Positions 46,637 through 56,399 of a stretch of DNA of 64,000 nucleotides are shown one piece after another; the stretch's first letter is position 1, and each line of letters opens with the position of its first letter. The DNA lies in the NCBI GenBank assembly GCA_045597865.1, contig JAZLKX010000052.1, positions 160,001 through 224,000 of the forward strand. Direction: 5' to 3'. A program made the position numbers and the translations under genes. The notes beneath the pieces were generated by a model, which was not told the DNA's origin, ran no database searches, and saw only the letters and a list, made by a program, of their open reading frames with translations. Origin of the DNA: Bacilli bacterium. GTDB taxonomy: Bacteria > Bacillota_I > Bacilli_A > RFN20 > CAG-826.

Positions 46637-47686
46637 ATGATTTACGAAAACAACCCAAGTAGACCAGGATACGTTCCTTTTCCGGAACCGCATCATGTTC
46701 GCCAGCCATATCCGTACCCAGTTCCGCCTCGTCACATGAGTGACCTAGAACCGGCTTTTGTTGTACGCCCTGGCGAAGAATGCTGCCCAGGCCCGCAGCC
46801 TGAATGTGAATGTGTAACATCAGGCGATGTTATGCGTTGGAACCATGCCGCCGATATTACTGAAAGTTTGACTGAAGAACAGCTCTCTGGGCTATCTTCA
46901 ATTCCTGATGTTTCTGAACTCGTTGCATCTGCTTCAGCCTGGAATAGCAATTACGATACTGTTTCTGCTAATTCAGCTGATTGGGAAGAAATTCGTAAGC
47001 TATCAAGTTTCTCAGCCGATACGCTAAATAAGTTTGATGAAATTGATAGTGCATTTACTGCTGTAAATGAAAACATCAATGCCGTTGAACAGAAGATTCC
47101 TGACTATCATTTTGATACGTCCGGATATTATCCGTCAATGTCAGGCGATGGCACTGTCGGCGCGCCATTCGGCGTAAATGGATGGCAATCATACGCTAAT
47201 GTAAGAACTGAACTAAATACAATTTACAGTCACATTATAGAAATACCGCCGTCTGATTGTTTACCGCTTAGCTGGATTTTTGACGGCACAAAAGCTTATG
47301 TTGACAACATCAACGTTAGATTCTCAGCCGTTGATGAACATGATAATAAACAGGATATGGAAATTGCACATTTGTGGCATGAATTGTCAAGTGCTCAATT
47401 ATATTCACAATCCGCGTTAAATGAAGTTAAAACTTACCTACCAGGGCACGGCATTACAATTCTGCCGTATGCACAGGGTGAAACTAATGAATATGTTGTT
47501 TCTATCAATACGCATGATCTTGATTATGTTATTCATGACCAAGTTAAAGAAATCGCAAAAGAAACAACTAACAGTATACTTAATGGTAAACGTTATGTAG
47601 AGTTTGTAAATATGGGAACATATCCAAAAACCACCGGTGATCTTGTTAATGCTACTGCTCATAAAACAATTTATGTAGCGGTATAG
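46637..47686 (+). CDS. putative structural/fibre protein
   Basis: Late promoter, Pro-rich N-terminus, YDTVSANSADW and GDGT..PFGV segments. Confidence 0.5.
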   Translation: MIYENNPSRPGYVPFPEPHHVRQPYPYPVPPRHMSDLEPAFVVRPGEECCPGPQPECECVTSGDVMRWNHAADITESLTEEQLSGLSSIPDVSELVASASAWNSNYDTVSANSADWEEIRKLSSFSADTLNKFDEIDSAFTAVNENINAVEQKIPDYHFDTSGYYPSMSGDGTVGAPFGVNGWQSYANVRTELNTIYSHIIEIPPSDCLPLSWIFDGTKAYVDNINVRFSAVDEHDNKQDMEIAHLWHELSSAQLYSQSALNEVKTYLPGHGITILPYAQGETNEYVVSINTHDLDYVIHDQVKEIAKETTNSILNGKRYVEFVNMGTYPKTTGDLVNATAHKTIYVAV

Positions 47687-47694
47687 GAAATATC

Positions 47695-48105
47695 ATGGAA
47701 CAAGTTCTAACAATCCTTTTGTCTAGCGGAAACGTCGTTGGCATTGTCGCCTTCGTTGTTTGCTATCTTATCATTTACTTTCAGCGCAAGAACACTGGAG
47801 AAAAGCGAAATAAAGTTGAAGAAGAATTACGTCTTCAAATTAAATTAGCAAAAGAAAAAGCAGAAGCCGCTGAACTAGCAGCCCAACAGAAAATTGAAGA
47901 CGCTGTTGAGGATATGCAAGCTGAAATAAATACATTAAAGACAGAGAGGCTTCTGATGGCAAAAGACATTGAAGTTCTTAAGAACGATGTTGGTGGCGTT
48001 AAAGAAGATGTTAAGGAAATCAAGTTAACATTGAGCAATATCGCCGTTTCAATAGCCGAACTTGCTGCAGCTGCTAAAGTTAGAAACGAAGAAAAACAAG
48101 GGTAA
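47695..48105 (+). CDS. membrane protein with coiled coil (holin-like)
   Basis: N-terminal hydrophobic helix VVGIVAFVVCYLIIYF followed by a long coiled coil. Confidence 0.5.
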   Translation: MEQVLTILLSSGNVVGIVAFVVCYLIIYFQRKNTGEKRNKVEEELRLQIKLAKEKAEAAELAAQQKIEDAVEDMQAEINTLKTERLLMAKDIEVLKNDVGGVKEDVKEIKLTLSNIAVSIAELAAAAKVRNEEKQG

Positions 48106-48107
48106 GT

Positions 48108-48521
48108 ATGGACAAAACTTTTACTCAATTTTTAGCTGAAAGTAAGGTGTTTACATCAAAGGAAGATAACCCTTTGATTTACACACTAATCATACCAAAG
48201 CTAGTTCAGTATGATGGTTGTAAAGACACCGTAAAGGATGATAAGGCGCTTTTTGAACTCGTCAATAAAGTTGAAAAACTGATGAGTAAACTAGACGTTA
48301 AACAGCTTAAAAAGTTATATAATCCTGTAGTAATGTTTAATGTGTTTGAACAGGAAAGCACGAAGAAAGCAACAAAAGAATTTGTGCTTCAATACTTTAC
48401 TGAGTTTGAACAGCAAATTGCTGGCGAAGAAGTTACTTTTGAAGGTGCATATAAAATACATTCCACATTTAAGCAGTTAAAGGATAGCGAAGAATTTAAA
48501 GCATATCTGCAGTCCTTATAA
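48108..48521 (+). CDS. putative internal head protein with a T4-type capsid targeting sequence
   Basis: MDKTFTQFLAE closely resembles the T4 IP leader MKTYQEFIAE. Confidence 0.6.
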   Translation: MDKTFTQFLAESKVFTSKEDNPLIYTLIIPKLVQYDGCKDTVKDDKALFELVNKVEKLMSKLDVKQLKKLYNPVVMFNVFEQESTKKATKEFVLQYFTEFEQQIAGEEVTFEGAYKIHSTFKQLKDSEEFKAYLQSL

Positions 48522-48553
48522 ATAAAATATAAAAGGTTTTAGGAGATCTAAAA

Positions 48554-49315
48554 ATGGCAAAGAAACAACAGAAGGCTACTCGCCGTAAGACAAATTTGTA
48601 TGAAGGATTCCTTGATGGTGCTGATGATGAAGTAAAGACACCAGAGGAAGCTCCTGTTGAAACATCTGAAGAAGGTGCAGAAGGCGCTGAAGAAAGCGAC
48701 ATCGCTGAAGAACCTATAAGCGATGATGAACTCGACGGCAATGGCGACGGCGAAGCTGATGACGCTGCATCTGATGAAGAAGCCGGCGTTGAACCTGAAG
48801 GTTCTGAAGCTGAAGACAATTTACAAGATACATTGCAGACACTTATCACTGCAGTTCAGGGTTTGACTGACCAAATCGCAAAACAGAATGGTGAAGGTGG
48901 TGATGAATCTACAGGCGATGATGATTCCGCTAGCGAAGAAACCGCTGATGAAGAAACTGCTGAACCTGAAGAAGACGATTCTGATTTTGAAGGTGATGAA
49001 GAATCATCTGAAGAAAGCTCTGATGAAGAATCATCTGAAGAATCAGGCGATGAAGAAAGTTCTGATGAAGAAAGTTCCGACGACGAAAGCACAAACGAAA
49101 TGTTGAAACCTTTCTATAAGCGCGGCAAAATGCTTCATGAAGATTCTTCTTCCTTACTAGGTAAGCTTGCTCATTATCGCTTTGACAAGCTTGAGCCGAT
49201 TTTCATGGCTATCGTTGAGTCAAAGATTCGCCGTCGCATTGAAGGCGCTAAGACTCAATTCCGTCAGGAAGCTATTGCTGCTCGCTTGAACGGCATCTCT
49301 TCCGACGAAGAATAA
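48554..49315 (+). CDS. highly acidic prohead core-like protein
   Basis: LYE and LHE sites, D/E/S low complexity, late promoter. Confidence 0.6.
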   Translation: MAKKQQKATRRKTNLYEGFLDGADDEVKTPEEAPVETSEEGAEGAEESDIAEEPISDDELDGNGDGEADDAASDEEAGVEPEGSEAEDNLQDTLQTLITAVQGLTDQIAKQNGEGGDESTGDDDSASEETADEETAEPEEDDSDFEGDEESSEESSDEESSEESGDEESSDEESSDDESTNEMLKPFYKRGKMLHEDSSSLLGKLAHYRFDKLEPIFMAIVESKIRRRIEGAKTQFRQEAIAARLNGISSDEE

Positions 49316-49340
49316 TCGTTAAACATTTCTAAAACCTATT

Positions 49341-49372
49341 AAACGGTGGTCGGTTTCCGGCTGCCGTTTTTT
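49341..49372 (+). terminator. rho-independent terminator
   Basis: AAACGGTGGTCGG...CCGGCTGCCGTTT plus T run. Confidence 0.8.
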
Positions 49373-49388
49373 CATATATAAATACTAT

Positions 49389-49994
49389 ATGAAACAGTTT
49401 GATAAATTATGTGATACATTCAATATAGATGGCGTAAGCGAAAGCGTCATTAATGCTGCAATAGCACCTCCGGCACCAGTTGTAGTTCCTGATGAAGACG
49501 AGGACGAAACTGATGAATCTGCTGAGACACCTGAACCACAGCCGCAGCTGACATATAAAGGTCAAAAATATACACTTGACTCATTCCGCTATATGAAGTC
49601 TTTGCTACAACAAAAGATTCAAACGGATAGTGATGTTTTGGCTACAATGCAACAGATGTGTAAGGTTGGTGCTAACGCTCGTCTATTTGAAGTATATGCA
49701 ACTTTATCAAATACTGTTGCTGCGCAGATTAAACAGCTGCAAGATATGGAAAAGGTGATGACTGATTATCAGGTCACTGAAGAACGCGAAAAAATGCAGC
49801 GCGAAAATATGGCTCAAAAGGAACGCCTTTTACAGATTAAAGCTGAAGCTGGTTCTGGTGGCAATACTTATAACATTCAGAATAACACAAACCTTTGCTT
49901 AACCTCAACAGAACTAGAAGCAATGCTTGAAAAGGCAGACACAGATCGGCAAATAAATACTGCACAGATTTCAACGGATTTTGATTTGGAATAA
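49389..49994 (+). CDS. small terminase subunit (T4 gp16-like)
   Basis: ARLFEVYATL...QLQD.EK and NIQNN.N..LTSTEL..ML pattern. Confidence 0.7.
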   Translation: MKQFDKLCDTFNIDGVSESVINAAIAPPAPVVVPDEDEDETDESAETPEPQPQLTYKGQKYTLDSFRYMKSLLQQKIQTDSDVLATMQQMCKVGANARLFEVYATLSNTVAAQIKQLQDMEKVMTDYQVTEEREKMQRENMAQKERLLQIKAEAGSGGNTYNIQNNTNLCLTSTELEAMLEKADTDRQINTAQISTDFDLE

Positions 49995-49995
49995 G

Positions 49996-51036
49996 ATGGT
50001 TAAGTATTCAACTTTTTATAGGATTCAAGAACGCGATAAGTTCTTCAACGGCTTTTGTAAGCGATACATAAAGACGAATGACGAGTCTTTACGCGAAAGC
50101 ATGGAAGACACTGCTTTTGAGCTTATGGAAGTCATTGTAAAGATGCTTCTTGATGATAACCTTGAAGATTTAGTTTATATCTTGTCAAAGCAAAATGCTA
50201 AACACGCTCGAGTTTTCTTTGACTATTTCACTGGCCTAAAAACAAAACATATGAAAAAGGCCGATATCGTTTCGAGTGTGAATGAATTTTTTGACCAAAA
50301 GGAGAAAGACATGAAAGACATTGCGGCTTACCTTAAGGAAACAGTCAAGCCTGTAAAGCTTGAACTAAAGTATAAGCCATTTAAGTTAAATGAAGCTGAC
50401 GATGATGGCGACGATATGGGTGGTGACGACGCAGGTGGCGATGATCCGTTTGGTGATGACGCTGGTGGCGATGATCCATTCGGAGACGATGCTGGCGGTG
50501 ATGATCCGTTTGGCGATGGCGGCGATAGCGCTGGTGGAGATGGCGATAGCGACGGTGACGGCGATGAAGAAAAGGACGGTGACGAAGAAGAAACTGAAGA
50601 AGATGAATACGATATTGAAGGTCACGAAGACGATCCTGAATTTAAGGGCGTTCAGAAAACAGGCGATGTCGTAAAGCCGGCAGCTGCTGCAGCTTGCGTT
50701 GTTAGCATTGATGAAGTGATGGTTGCTTTGAATGCGATGATTAACTCATTGCCTGATAATCAGCTTGCTGAAATTGAAGCAGTTAAGAAAGCCGTTACTT
50801 TGATTTTCAATGGTAAGATTCTTAAGCCTGAAGATGTTACATTCCAGAATCCGAAAAACGCTGCCTTCTTAATCAAAAAGCTCAGCGATAACTTGAATGA
50901 AAAAACTCGCCATTATTTGGTCCGCAAAATCAAGGAGCCTTTGATTAAGCTCCGTGACCAGAACAAGGAAGAACTGGCTGCTATGAAGAACGATACTCAG
51001 AATATCAGATCTACCTTGTCCAAAATGGACATGTAA
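49996..51036 (+). CDS. hypothetical protein with acidic GDDAGGDDPF repeats
   Basis: ATG 49996; internal RBS and ATG at 50311; LKE and LNE sites. Confidence 0.65.
   Translation: MVKYSTFYRIQERDKFFNGFCKRYIKTNDESLRESMEDTAFELMEVIVKMLLDDNLEDLVYILSKQNAKHARVFFDYFTGLKTKHMKKADIVSSVNEFFDQKEKDMKDIAAYLKETVKPVKLELKYKPFKLNEADDDGDDMGGDDAGGDDPFGDDAGGDDPFGDDAGGDDPFGDGGDSAGGDGDSDGDGDEEKDGDEEETEEDEYDIEGHEDDPEFKGVQKTGDVVKPAAAAACVVSIDEVMVALNAMINSLPDNQLAEIEAVKKAVTLIFNGKILKPEDVTFQNPKNAAFLIKKLSDNLNEKTRHYLVRKIKEPLIKLRDQNKEELAAMKNDTQNIRSTLSKMDM
50422..50511 (+). repeat. 3 x 30-nt coding tandem repeat (GDDAGGDDPF)
   Basis: Synonymously diverged direct repeats. Confidence 0.85.
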
Positions 51037-51072
51037 TAAATAGATTAGTTTAAAATTTGAGGTGAATTTATT

Positions 51073-52260
51073 ATGTTAAATGCAACGACGAATGATGGTA
51101 AAAATTTAGCGCTAATCCTATACGGCGACACAAGCGGCTGCTCACACTACAGGCTCCGCTGGAATGCTTTGTACTATGCCGGACATGAACATCTTGGCTT
51201 TGTACCTTTGCTTATGCCATTTCCAATCTTTGATGGTAATTACCTAGCTCGTGCAAAGGCCATCATTATGCAGCGTCCTGTATCGCAACAGCATATTGAA
51301 ATTGTAAAGCGATACAAAGCACTTCAGCCGAAGTTTGGTTATAAACTTGTATTTGAAGTAGATGACCAGGTGTTCAAAATTGATGGCCAATGCGTTCCGC
51401 CGTATAATACAGCATCCTTACATTTTGATGGTGAAGACACAACGAATGCATGTCGCGAAGTATTACCCTTGTTTGATGAAATCGTTGTTTCAACTGATTA
51501 CTTAAAGCAAAAGATGGAAGAAATCTTTGACGTACATAATGTAACTGTTATTCGTAATGTTGTGCCACGCTTCCTCTGGTCTTATCCACGCAAGCAGGAA
51601 ATTACTGAAGACATCAAGAAACCAACTGTAGTGTATTCTGGTTCGCCTTGTCATTATCGCAATCCTGTTCCTAAGCGTGATCCGTCGCCACAAGAGCCAA
51701 ACGGTTTCCCAGGTATTTCTCCATTGAAAGGCGATATGGATAATGCTTGGTGTGATTGGGTGATTAAGAATGTTCGCGAAGATAAAATTAACTTTGTTGT
51801 AATGGGTGCATTGCCTTGGTTCTGGGAGTGCATTAAGGACAAGATTAGGTTTATCCCGTGGGTTGACTGCAATAGCTTCCCAAGACAGGTAATGGAAACC
51901 GGCGCTGACTTTAGTTTCGCACCGCTTGTAAACAATACATTCAATAAGTGTAAGTCAAGTCTTCGCTTTACTGAATCTTGTGCCGCAGGACAGGTATTCT
52001 TAGGAACCGTATTCACGGCTGATAAGGATAGTCCTTACGAAGAAATTCATGAACTGGGTAAAGTTCCTGATAATGCAACAGTTGAACAGATTGATGAAAA
52101 GTTCTGGAATCTCTGTAAAAAGGAAAACTATAATAAGGTACTTAACTGGCAGTATGATTTCATCAATAATGCAGGCTATTGGCTTGAAAGCGATAAGCAT
52201 GCAAATCAGTGGCTATCAATGATTGACAGTGGCGCGGTTTGCAAGACACCGTTTATCTAA
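51073..52260 (+). CDS. GT-B fold glycosyltransferase
   Basis: SGCSHYRL, QRP, FEVDD, VVSTDYL, APL..N.FNKCKS.L...E. Confidence 0.75.
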   Translation: MLNATTNDGKNLALILYGDTSGCSHYRLRWNALYYAGHEHLGFVPLLMPFPIFDGNYLARAKAIIMQRPVSQQHIEIVKRYKALQPKFGYKLVFEVDDQVFKIDGQCVPPYNTASLHFDGEDTTNACREVLPLFDEIVVSTDYLKQKMEEIFDVHNVTVIRNVVPRFLWSYPRKQEITEDIKKPTVVYSGSPCHYRNPVPKRDPSPQEPNGFPGISPLKGDMDNAWCDWVIKNVREDKINFVVMGALPWFWECIKDKIRFIPWVDCNSFPRQVMETGADFSFAPLVNNTFNKCKSSLRFTESCAAGQVFLGTVFTADKDSPYEEIHELGKVPDNATVEQIDEKFWNLCKKENYNKVLNWQYDFINNAGYWLESDKHANQWLSMIDSGAVCKTPFI

Positions 52261-52278
52261 TCAGTTAGATTCATTTAT

Positions 52279-52303
52279 GAGGGGACTTAGGCCCCCTCTT
52301 TTT
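52279..52303 (+). terminator. rho-independent terminator
   Basis: GAGGGG...CCCCTC plus T run. Confidence 0.7.
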
Positions 52304-52335
52304 GTGTATAAATACAAAAAGGAGAATGGTATCTA

Positions 52336-53088
52336 ATGGATTGGTCGGAATATCTAAATCAACAACTGACTGAAACCCTTAAAAAGAAAGTAGTCATTCG
52401 TAATTCAAAGAAGGTCTATAAATGGGTTAGCTCAGACCCTGATAAGTATGATGTCGTTCGTGATGAAAATGGCAACTTTCACGAAGTACCGCGTGATAAA
52501 GCATTGGACAAGAAAAAGTCGTTAATCGCAAAAGTGGTTCAAAAAACATCAAAGAGCAAAGGTAAAGCAAAACGTGCAGCATCATTCAAAGCTCGTGAAC
52601 GCATGAATCTTGAATATGATAAAGAGCTACCTGATATTGTTCGCTCAAGAGGTCCTGGTGGGCACACACCAGGCGGACCAATGAAAGAGTCAACACTTAA
52701 TGAAGCACCGCATTCATACTTATACAGCGATGATGCAGGCGACCATATCTGGGACTTTTATGCTGAGATTAGAAACGACTGCAGTTGGCTTCTTGACGTA
52801 GTTTCAATTTATCAAGAACGTAAGTTATTGACTCAGGACGGTGGTGCTCAAGAAAACGAAGAGCTACTTGATATTCCTGAAGAAGCGCTTCCTGAGATTA
52901 CTGACAACCTAATGTATAACATTGAGTTCTTACTTATTGCTGCTAAAGATTTTGTAAGAGCTCCAATGGATATTAAAAACAAGTTCAAAAATGGCATTCC
53001 TGTTAAACTTTTTGATGCGTTAAAACCTTACATTGATAAAATGCAACGCAAAACTCCGCTGTCCGACTATCAGGACGACAATAAATAA
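52336..53088 (+). CDS. hypothetical head-associated protein (basic N-half)
   Basis: MDWSEYL...LTE leader, LNE site, late promoter; lies just upstream of the portal gene. Confidence 0.6.
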   Translation: MDWSEYLNQQLTETLKKKVVIRNSKKVYKWVSSDPDKYDVVRDENGNFHEVPRDKALDKKKSLIAKVVQKTSKSKGKAKRAASFKARERMNLEYDKELPDIVRSRGPGGHTPGGPMKESTLNEAPHSYLYSDDAGDHIWDFYAEIRNDCSWLLDVVSIYQERKLLTQDGGAQENEELLDIPEEALPEITDNLMYNIEFLLIAAKDFVRAPMDIKNKFKNGIPVKLFDALKPYIDKMQRKTPLSDYQDDNK

Positions 53089-53108
53089 ACTAGCAGTGAG
53101 GATATAAA

Positions 53109-54716
53109 ATGGATTTTCAATTATGGAACCCGTTCTCTAGCCGATTCTTGCAGGTGATACCTGATAAAGCACAGACTAGAGAAAAAGAAACAAAGCTAAA
53201 TTCATACGGTGTTGGCGAAGATACACTTGACTTGGGTAAGCTCATTCGCGGCTATTCAAATTCAAGCACAGTAACCACATACCCATTTGAACAGAATAAC
53301 ATCGTCTTTGATACTTTGTTCACAACAAAGCGTCAGCGTGTGAACTGGTACCGCACAATGTCAAACTATTCATTCGTCAAGAAACTTATCAATATCATTT
53401 GTAATGAATGTGTTGCTAAGGGCGTAAATGGTGAAATGGCAAGGCTAGAAATTGACCCTGCATATCGTGACCAGTTTACTGACTATGAATACAATTCGTT
53501 GGTCAAGGAATTTAACTACATCATTAACGCTGTGCTTCAAAAGAATAAGCTCAAAAAGCTTTTCCGTAAGTGGCTTATTGACGGTGAATTATTCCTTGAA
53601 GTTTGCTTGAATGATGAAGGCGACTGTATCGCCGGTGTTAAGGCATTGCCTCCGTACTGCACACTTTGTGTTTACAATGAAGGCATTTTGACTGGCTTTG
53701 TTCAGGACCCATCTTTGATTAGTCCAGAACATTCAAAGAATGAAATCAAAACATTTACACGAAACCAAATCGCTTATTCAAACTACGGCGTTTACGGCAA
53801 TAATCTCAATGATGTTAAAGGTCACCTTGAGGCTGCTATTCGTCCAGTGAATATGCTTCGTGCTTTGCAGGACGCACAGAACGTTTATTTCATGACTCGT
53901 GCACCAGAAAAGAGAATTTGGAAAATCAATGCTGGCGGTAAGCCGGCAGCCCAGCAACAGGAATACTTACAACAGTGCATCTATCAGTACCGTCAAGATC
54001 TTCGTTTAGATCCTCACTCCGGTCTTGTAAACGGTGCGCAGAATACACAAGCATTGACTCAAGACTTCTGGTTTACAACTGACCGTAATGGTCAGGGTTC
54101 AACTGTTGAAACATTCCAGGGTGGACAAACACTTCAGGGTTTGACTGAATCTATTCAGAGCTATCGTGAAGAAGTCGCTGATGCTATGGAAGTTCCGGGT
54201 ACCCGTTGGAAGGGTGAACCTGGTTCATCACAGTATGTTCAGGGTGTTGAAGGCTTGAGCATTGATGAAAGCTCATTCCAGTTACGCTGTGATGAATGGG
54301 CTAGCGATTTTGCTGAAATCATTAAGCAGCTTCTTATCGTTCAGCTACAGGTTGCTGGCTACGATGAAAAGTATTTGGACAATAAGATTTACAACATCTC
54401 ATTGATTCCTGCTACTGATACAACAAAATATCGTGAAATGGCTCTCGCAGAAAAACGCGCTGCTGTTCTTGGTTCTGTTGCTACTATGATGCCTACCAGA
54501 GCTAATATCAAGGACGATGGCGATGAAGCTCCTCCGATGTTTGCTACCAACTTCGTATTGGGAGAAATGTGTGGTTATTCAACTGAACAGTTAATGAAGA
54601 ACCGTCAGTCTCTTGAAAACGAAATCGCTGAAATGAGAATTAAGGCTGAAGCTGCTAAGGAAGAAGGCGGTGATGATGAAGACGGCGACAGCGATGATGG
54701 TGACATGGACTTCTAA
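53109..54716 (+). CDS. portal protein (T4 gp20-like)
   Basis: FRKWLIDGE, HLEAAIRPVNMLRALQDA, RAPEKRIWKI, QDFWF, T..GGQ. Confidence 0.93.
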   Translation: MDFQLWNPFSSRFLQVIPDKAQTREKETKLNSYGVGEDTLDLGKLIRGYSNSSTVTTYPFEQNNIVFDTLFTTKRQRVNWYRTMSNYSFVKKLINIICNECVAKGVNGEMARLEIDPAYRDQFTDYEYNSLVKEFNYIINAVLQKNKLKKLFRKWLIDGELFLEVCLNDEGDCIAGVKALPPYCTLCVYNEGILTGFVQDPSLISPEHSKNEIKTFTRNQIAYSNYGVYGNNLNDVKGHLEAAIRPVNMLRALQDAQNVYFMTRAPEKRIWKINAGGKPAAQQQEYLQQCIYQYRQDLRLDPHSGLVNGAQNTQALTQDFWFTTDRNGQGSTVETFQGGQTLQGLTESIQSYREEVADAMEVPGTRWKGEPGSSQYVQGVEGLSIDESSFQLRCDEWASDFAEIIKQLLIVQLQVAGYDEKYLDNKIYNISLIPATDTTKYREMALAEKRAAVLGSVATMMPTRANIKDDGDEAPPMFATNFVLGEMCGYSTEQLMKNRQSLENEIAEMRIKAEAAKEEGGDDEDGDSDDGDMDF

Positions 54717-55423
54717 TGAATTATAATGGCCAAAAGGCAATTATTAGTTTGACTTCGTGGGCTGGGCGAATTGGTGATACTGCACCAGTTGCCCTCCACA
54801 ATATCATTACTATGTGCCCTGATTTTCATATCGTATTGGTTTTAAGTGAAGACGAATTTCCAAACAAAGAAGCTGGCCTTCCACCGATGATACAACAATT
54901 AGCTGAAACTCGTATTGAAATTTTATGGGTTAAGAAAAACTACAAAACATTAAAGAAAGTTTTATTCACAATGGCTAAGTATCGTGATGTGCCAATAATT
55001 TCAGCTGATGATGACCGTGTATATCGCTGTAATTTTGCGCAGATCCTGTATGACGAATGGAAAGCAAGCGGAAACAAGATTGTCACTATGGATGTAGCTG
55101 ATTTTCGTAATGGAAATTATACTGCTGGGTGGGGTACTTTGTATGCGCCAAATTGTTTTGAAGACATTGATGGAATCATCGCGGAAATAAATAAACCTGA
55201 GAATAAAATTTACTATGATGACGATGATGCTTATATGGAAGTATTGCGGTGCAGACATGTGATTTTTCCTAAACATGCAACTATAGAAGGTCCTTCAAAT
55301 GAACAGTTAGCAACCATGAAAGATCAGTTTAAGATTTATACGAATGCAGAATTACATGGTAAAATAAGAATGAAACAGGGTAAAGACACAGATGGTTTCA
55401 TCTTTACTTACTTAGGACTATAA
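54716..55423 (+). CDS. GT-A fold glycosyltransferase
   Basis: IISLTSW..RI, EDEFPNKE, IISADDDRVY; start overlaps the portal stop. Confidence 0.75.
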   Translation: MNYNGQKAIISLTSWAGRIGDTAPVALHNIITMCPDFHIVLVLSEDEFPNKEAGLPPMIQQLAETRIEILWVKKNYKTLKKVLFTMAKYRDVPIISADDDRVYRCNFAQILYDEWKASGNKIVTMDVADFRNGNYTAGWGTLYAPNCFEDIDGIIAEINKPENKIYYDDDDAYMEVLRCRHVIFPKHATIEGPSNEQLATMKDQFKIYTNAELHGKIRMKQGKDTDGFIFTYLGL

Positions 55424-55459
55424 ACATTATAAATAAAATATAGAAAGGAGATTTTAATC

Positions 55460-56041
55460 ATGGCCGAAAACAATATGAGCGTTTTTACTACTAATATCAA
55501 GAACTTAGAAGACCTTGCTAAACAGTATCTATTTCAGGTAAATTTCAAGTTTGATAATAAAGCACTAGCTGACATGCTTGGCACTGAAGATTTGATGCTT
55601 CGTGCTAAGACTGCATCTATGCCTGCTAAATCATTCGGTGAATTAACCACTGAATATATGGGCTCAAAGCTTGTTTACCCTGGTAAGGCAACTGTAGATG
55701 GTGACCTTTCCATTACATTTGATGAATTCCAGGATATGACAATTTCTAAGACATTCCATCGCTGGCAGAACTTAATGTTTAACCATGCCATTGATGATGA
55801 CATTGATGCACAAGGCACCACAGGTGGCGCATATTCAAATATGCTTAAGGATTATACTGCAACTATCACCGTTGACTTGTATGATTCTACTTTGACTACA
55901 AAGCTACCAATTTCCTATGAATTCAAGTTTGCATGGCCTAAGGAATTTGCATCCGCTGAATTGAATATGGAAGGTGACGGCAAGATTCAGCGTTCTGTCA
56001 CATTTAAGTATTCTACTTATAAAGTAATTTCAAACCGTTAA
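55460..56041 (+). CDS. tail tube protein (T4 gp19-like)
   Basis: DLA..YLFQV, AKTASMP, YPG, F..W.N, AWPK......L, VTF.Y. Confidence 0.85.
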   Translation: MAENNMSVFTTNIKNLEDLAKQYLFQVNFKFDNKALADMLGTEDLMLRAKTASMPAKSFGELTTEYMGSKLVYPGKATVDGDLSITFDEFQDMTISKTFHRWQNLMFNHAIDDDIDAQGTTGGAYSNMLKDYTATITVDLYDSTLTTKLPISYEFKFAWPKEFASAELNMEGDGKIQRSVTFKYSTYKVISNR

Positions 56042-56051
56042 GAGGTAAACA

Positions 56052-56399
56052 ATGGATTTAGCACAGTACGCCATCAGCGAGTTGGAAAGCACTCGCCCCG
56101 TAAATGAATCTACATCGGTCTACGGTAAGACTGATGTATTCAAGGGTGATAAGTACTGCGGTCCTCACCATCACGATTACGTTTTGTGGGCACCCCAGAT
56201 TGGTTGGGGCAAGACCGGTGACGCATTAGACGATCCTGAAAAAGGCAAGATCTGTGCTGGAACCCATGAACATATGATTGTTGATGGTAAGGTACTTGAA
56301 GCATTTGGGCATACTCATAAGCTTCTTGCAGGTACTAATGTTCTAGATACAAACCCTGCTCCAATGCAGGCAACAAAGGTAGTGGAGGTTGATGACTAA
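56052..56399 (+). CDS. His-rich putative metal-binding protein (YmaF-like HxH repeats)
   Basis: GPHHHDY, GTHEH, GHTHKL; VNE site. Confidence 0.55.
   Translation: MDLAQYAISELESTRPVNESTSVYGKTDVFKGDKYCGPHHHDYVLWAPQIGWGKTGDALDDPEKGKICAGTHEHMIVDGKVLEAFGHTHKLLAGTNVLDTNPAPMQATKVVEVDD

Noticed and set aside
50422-50511. Tandem repeats as a CRISPR array
   Set aside because: There are no spacers; these are in-frame coding repeats with synonymous variation
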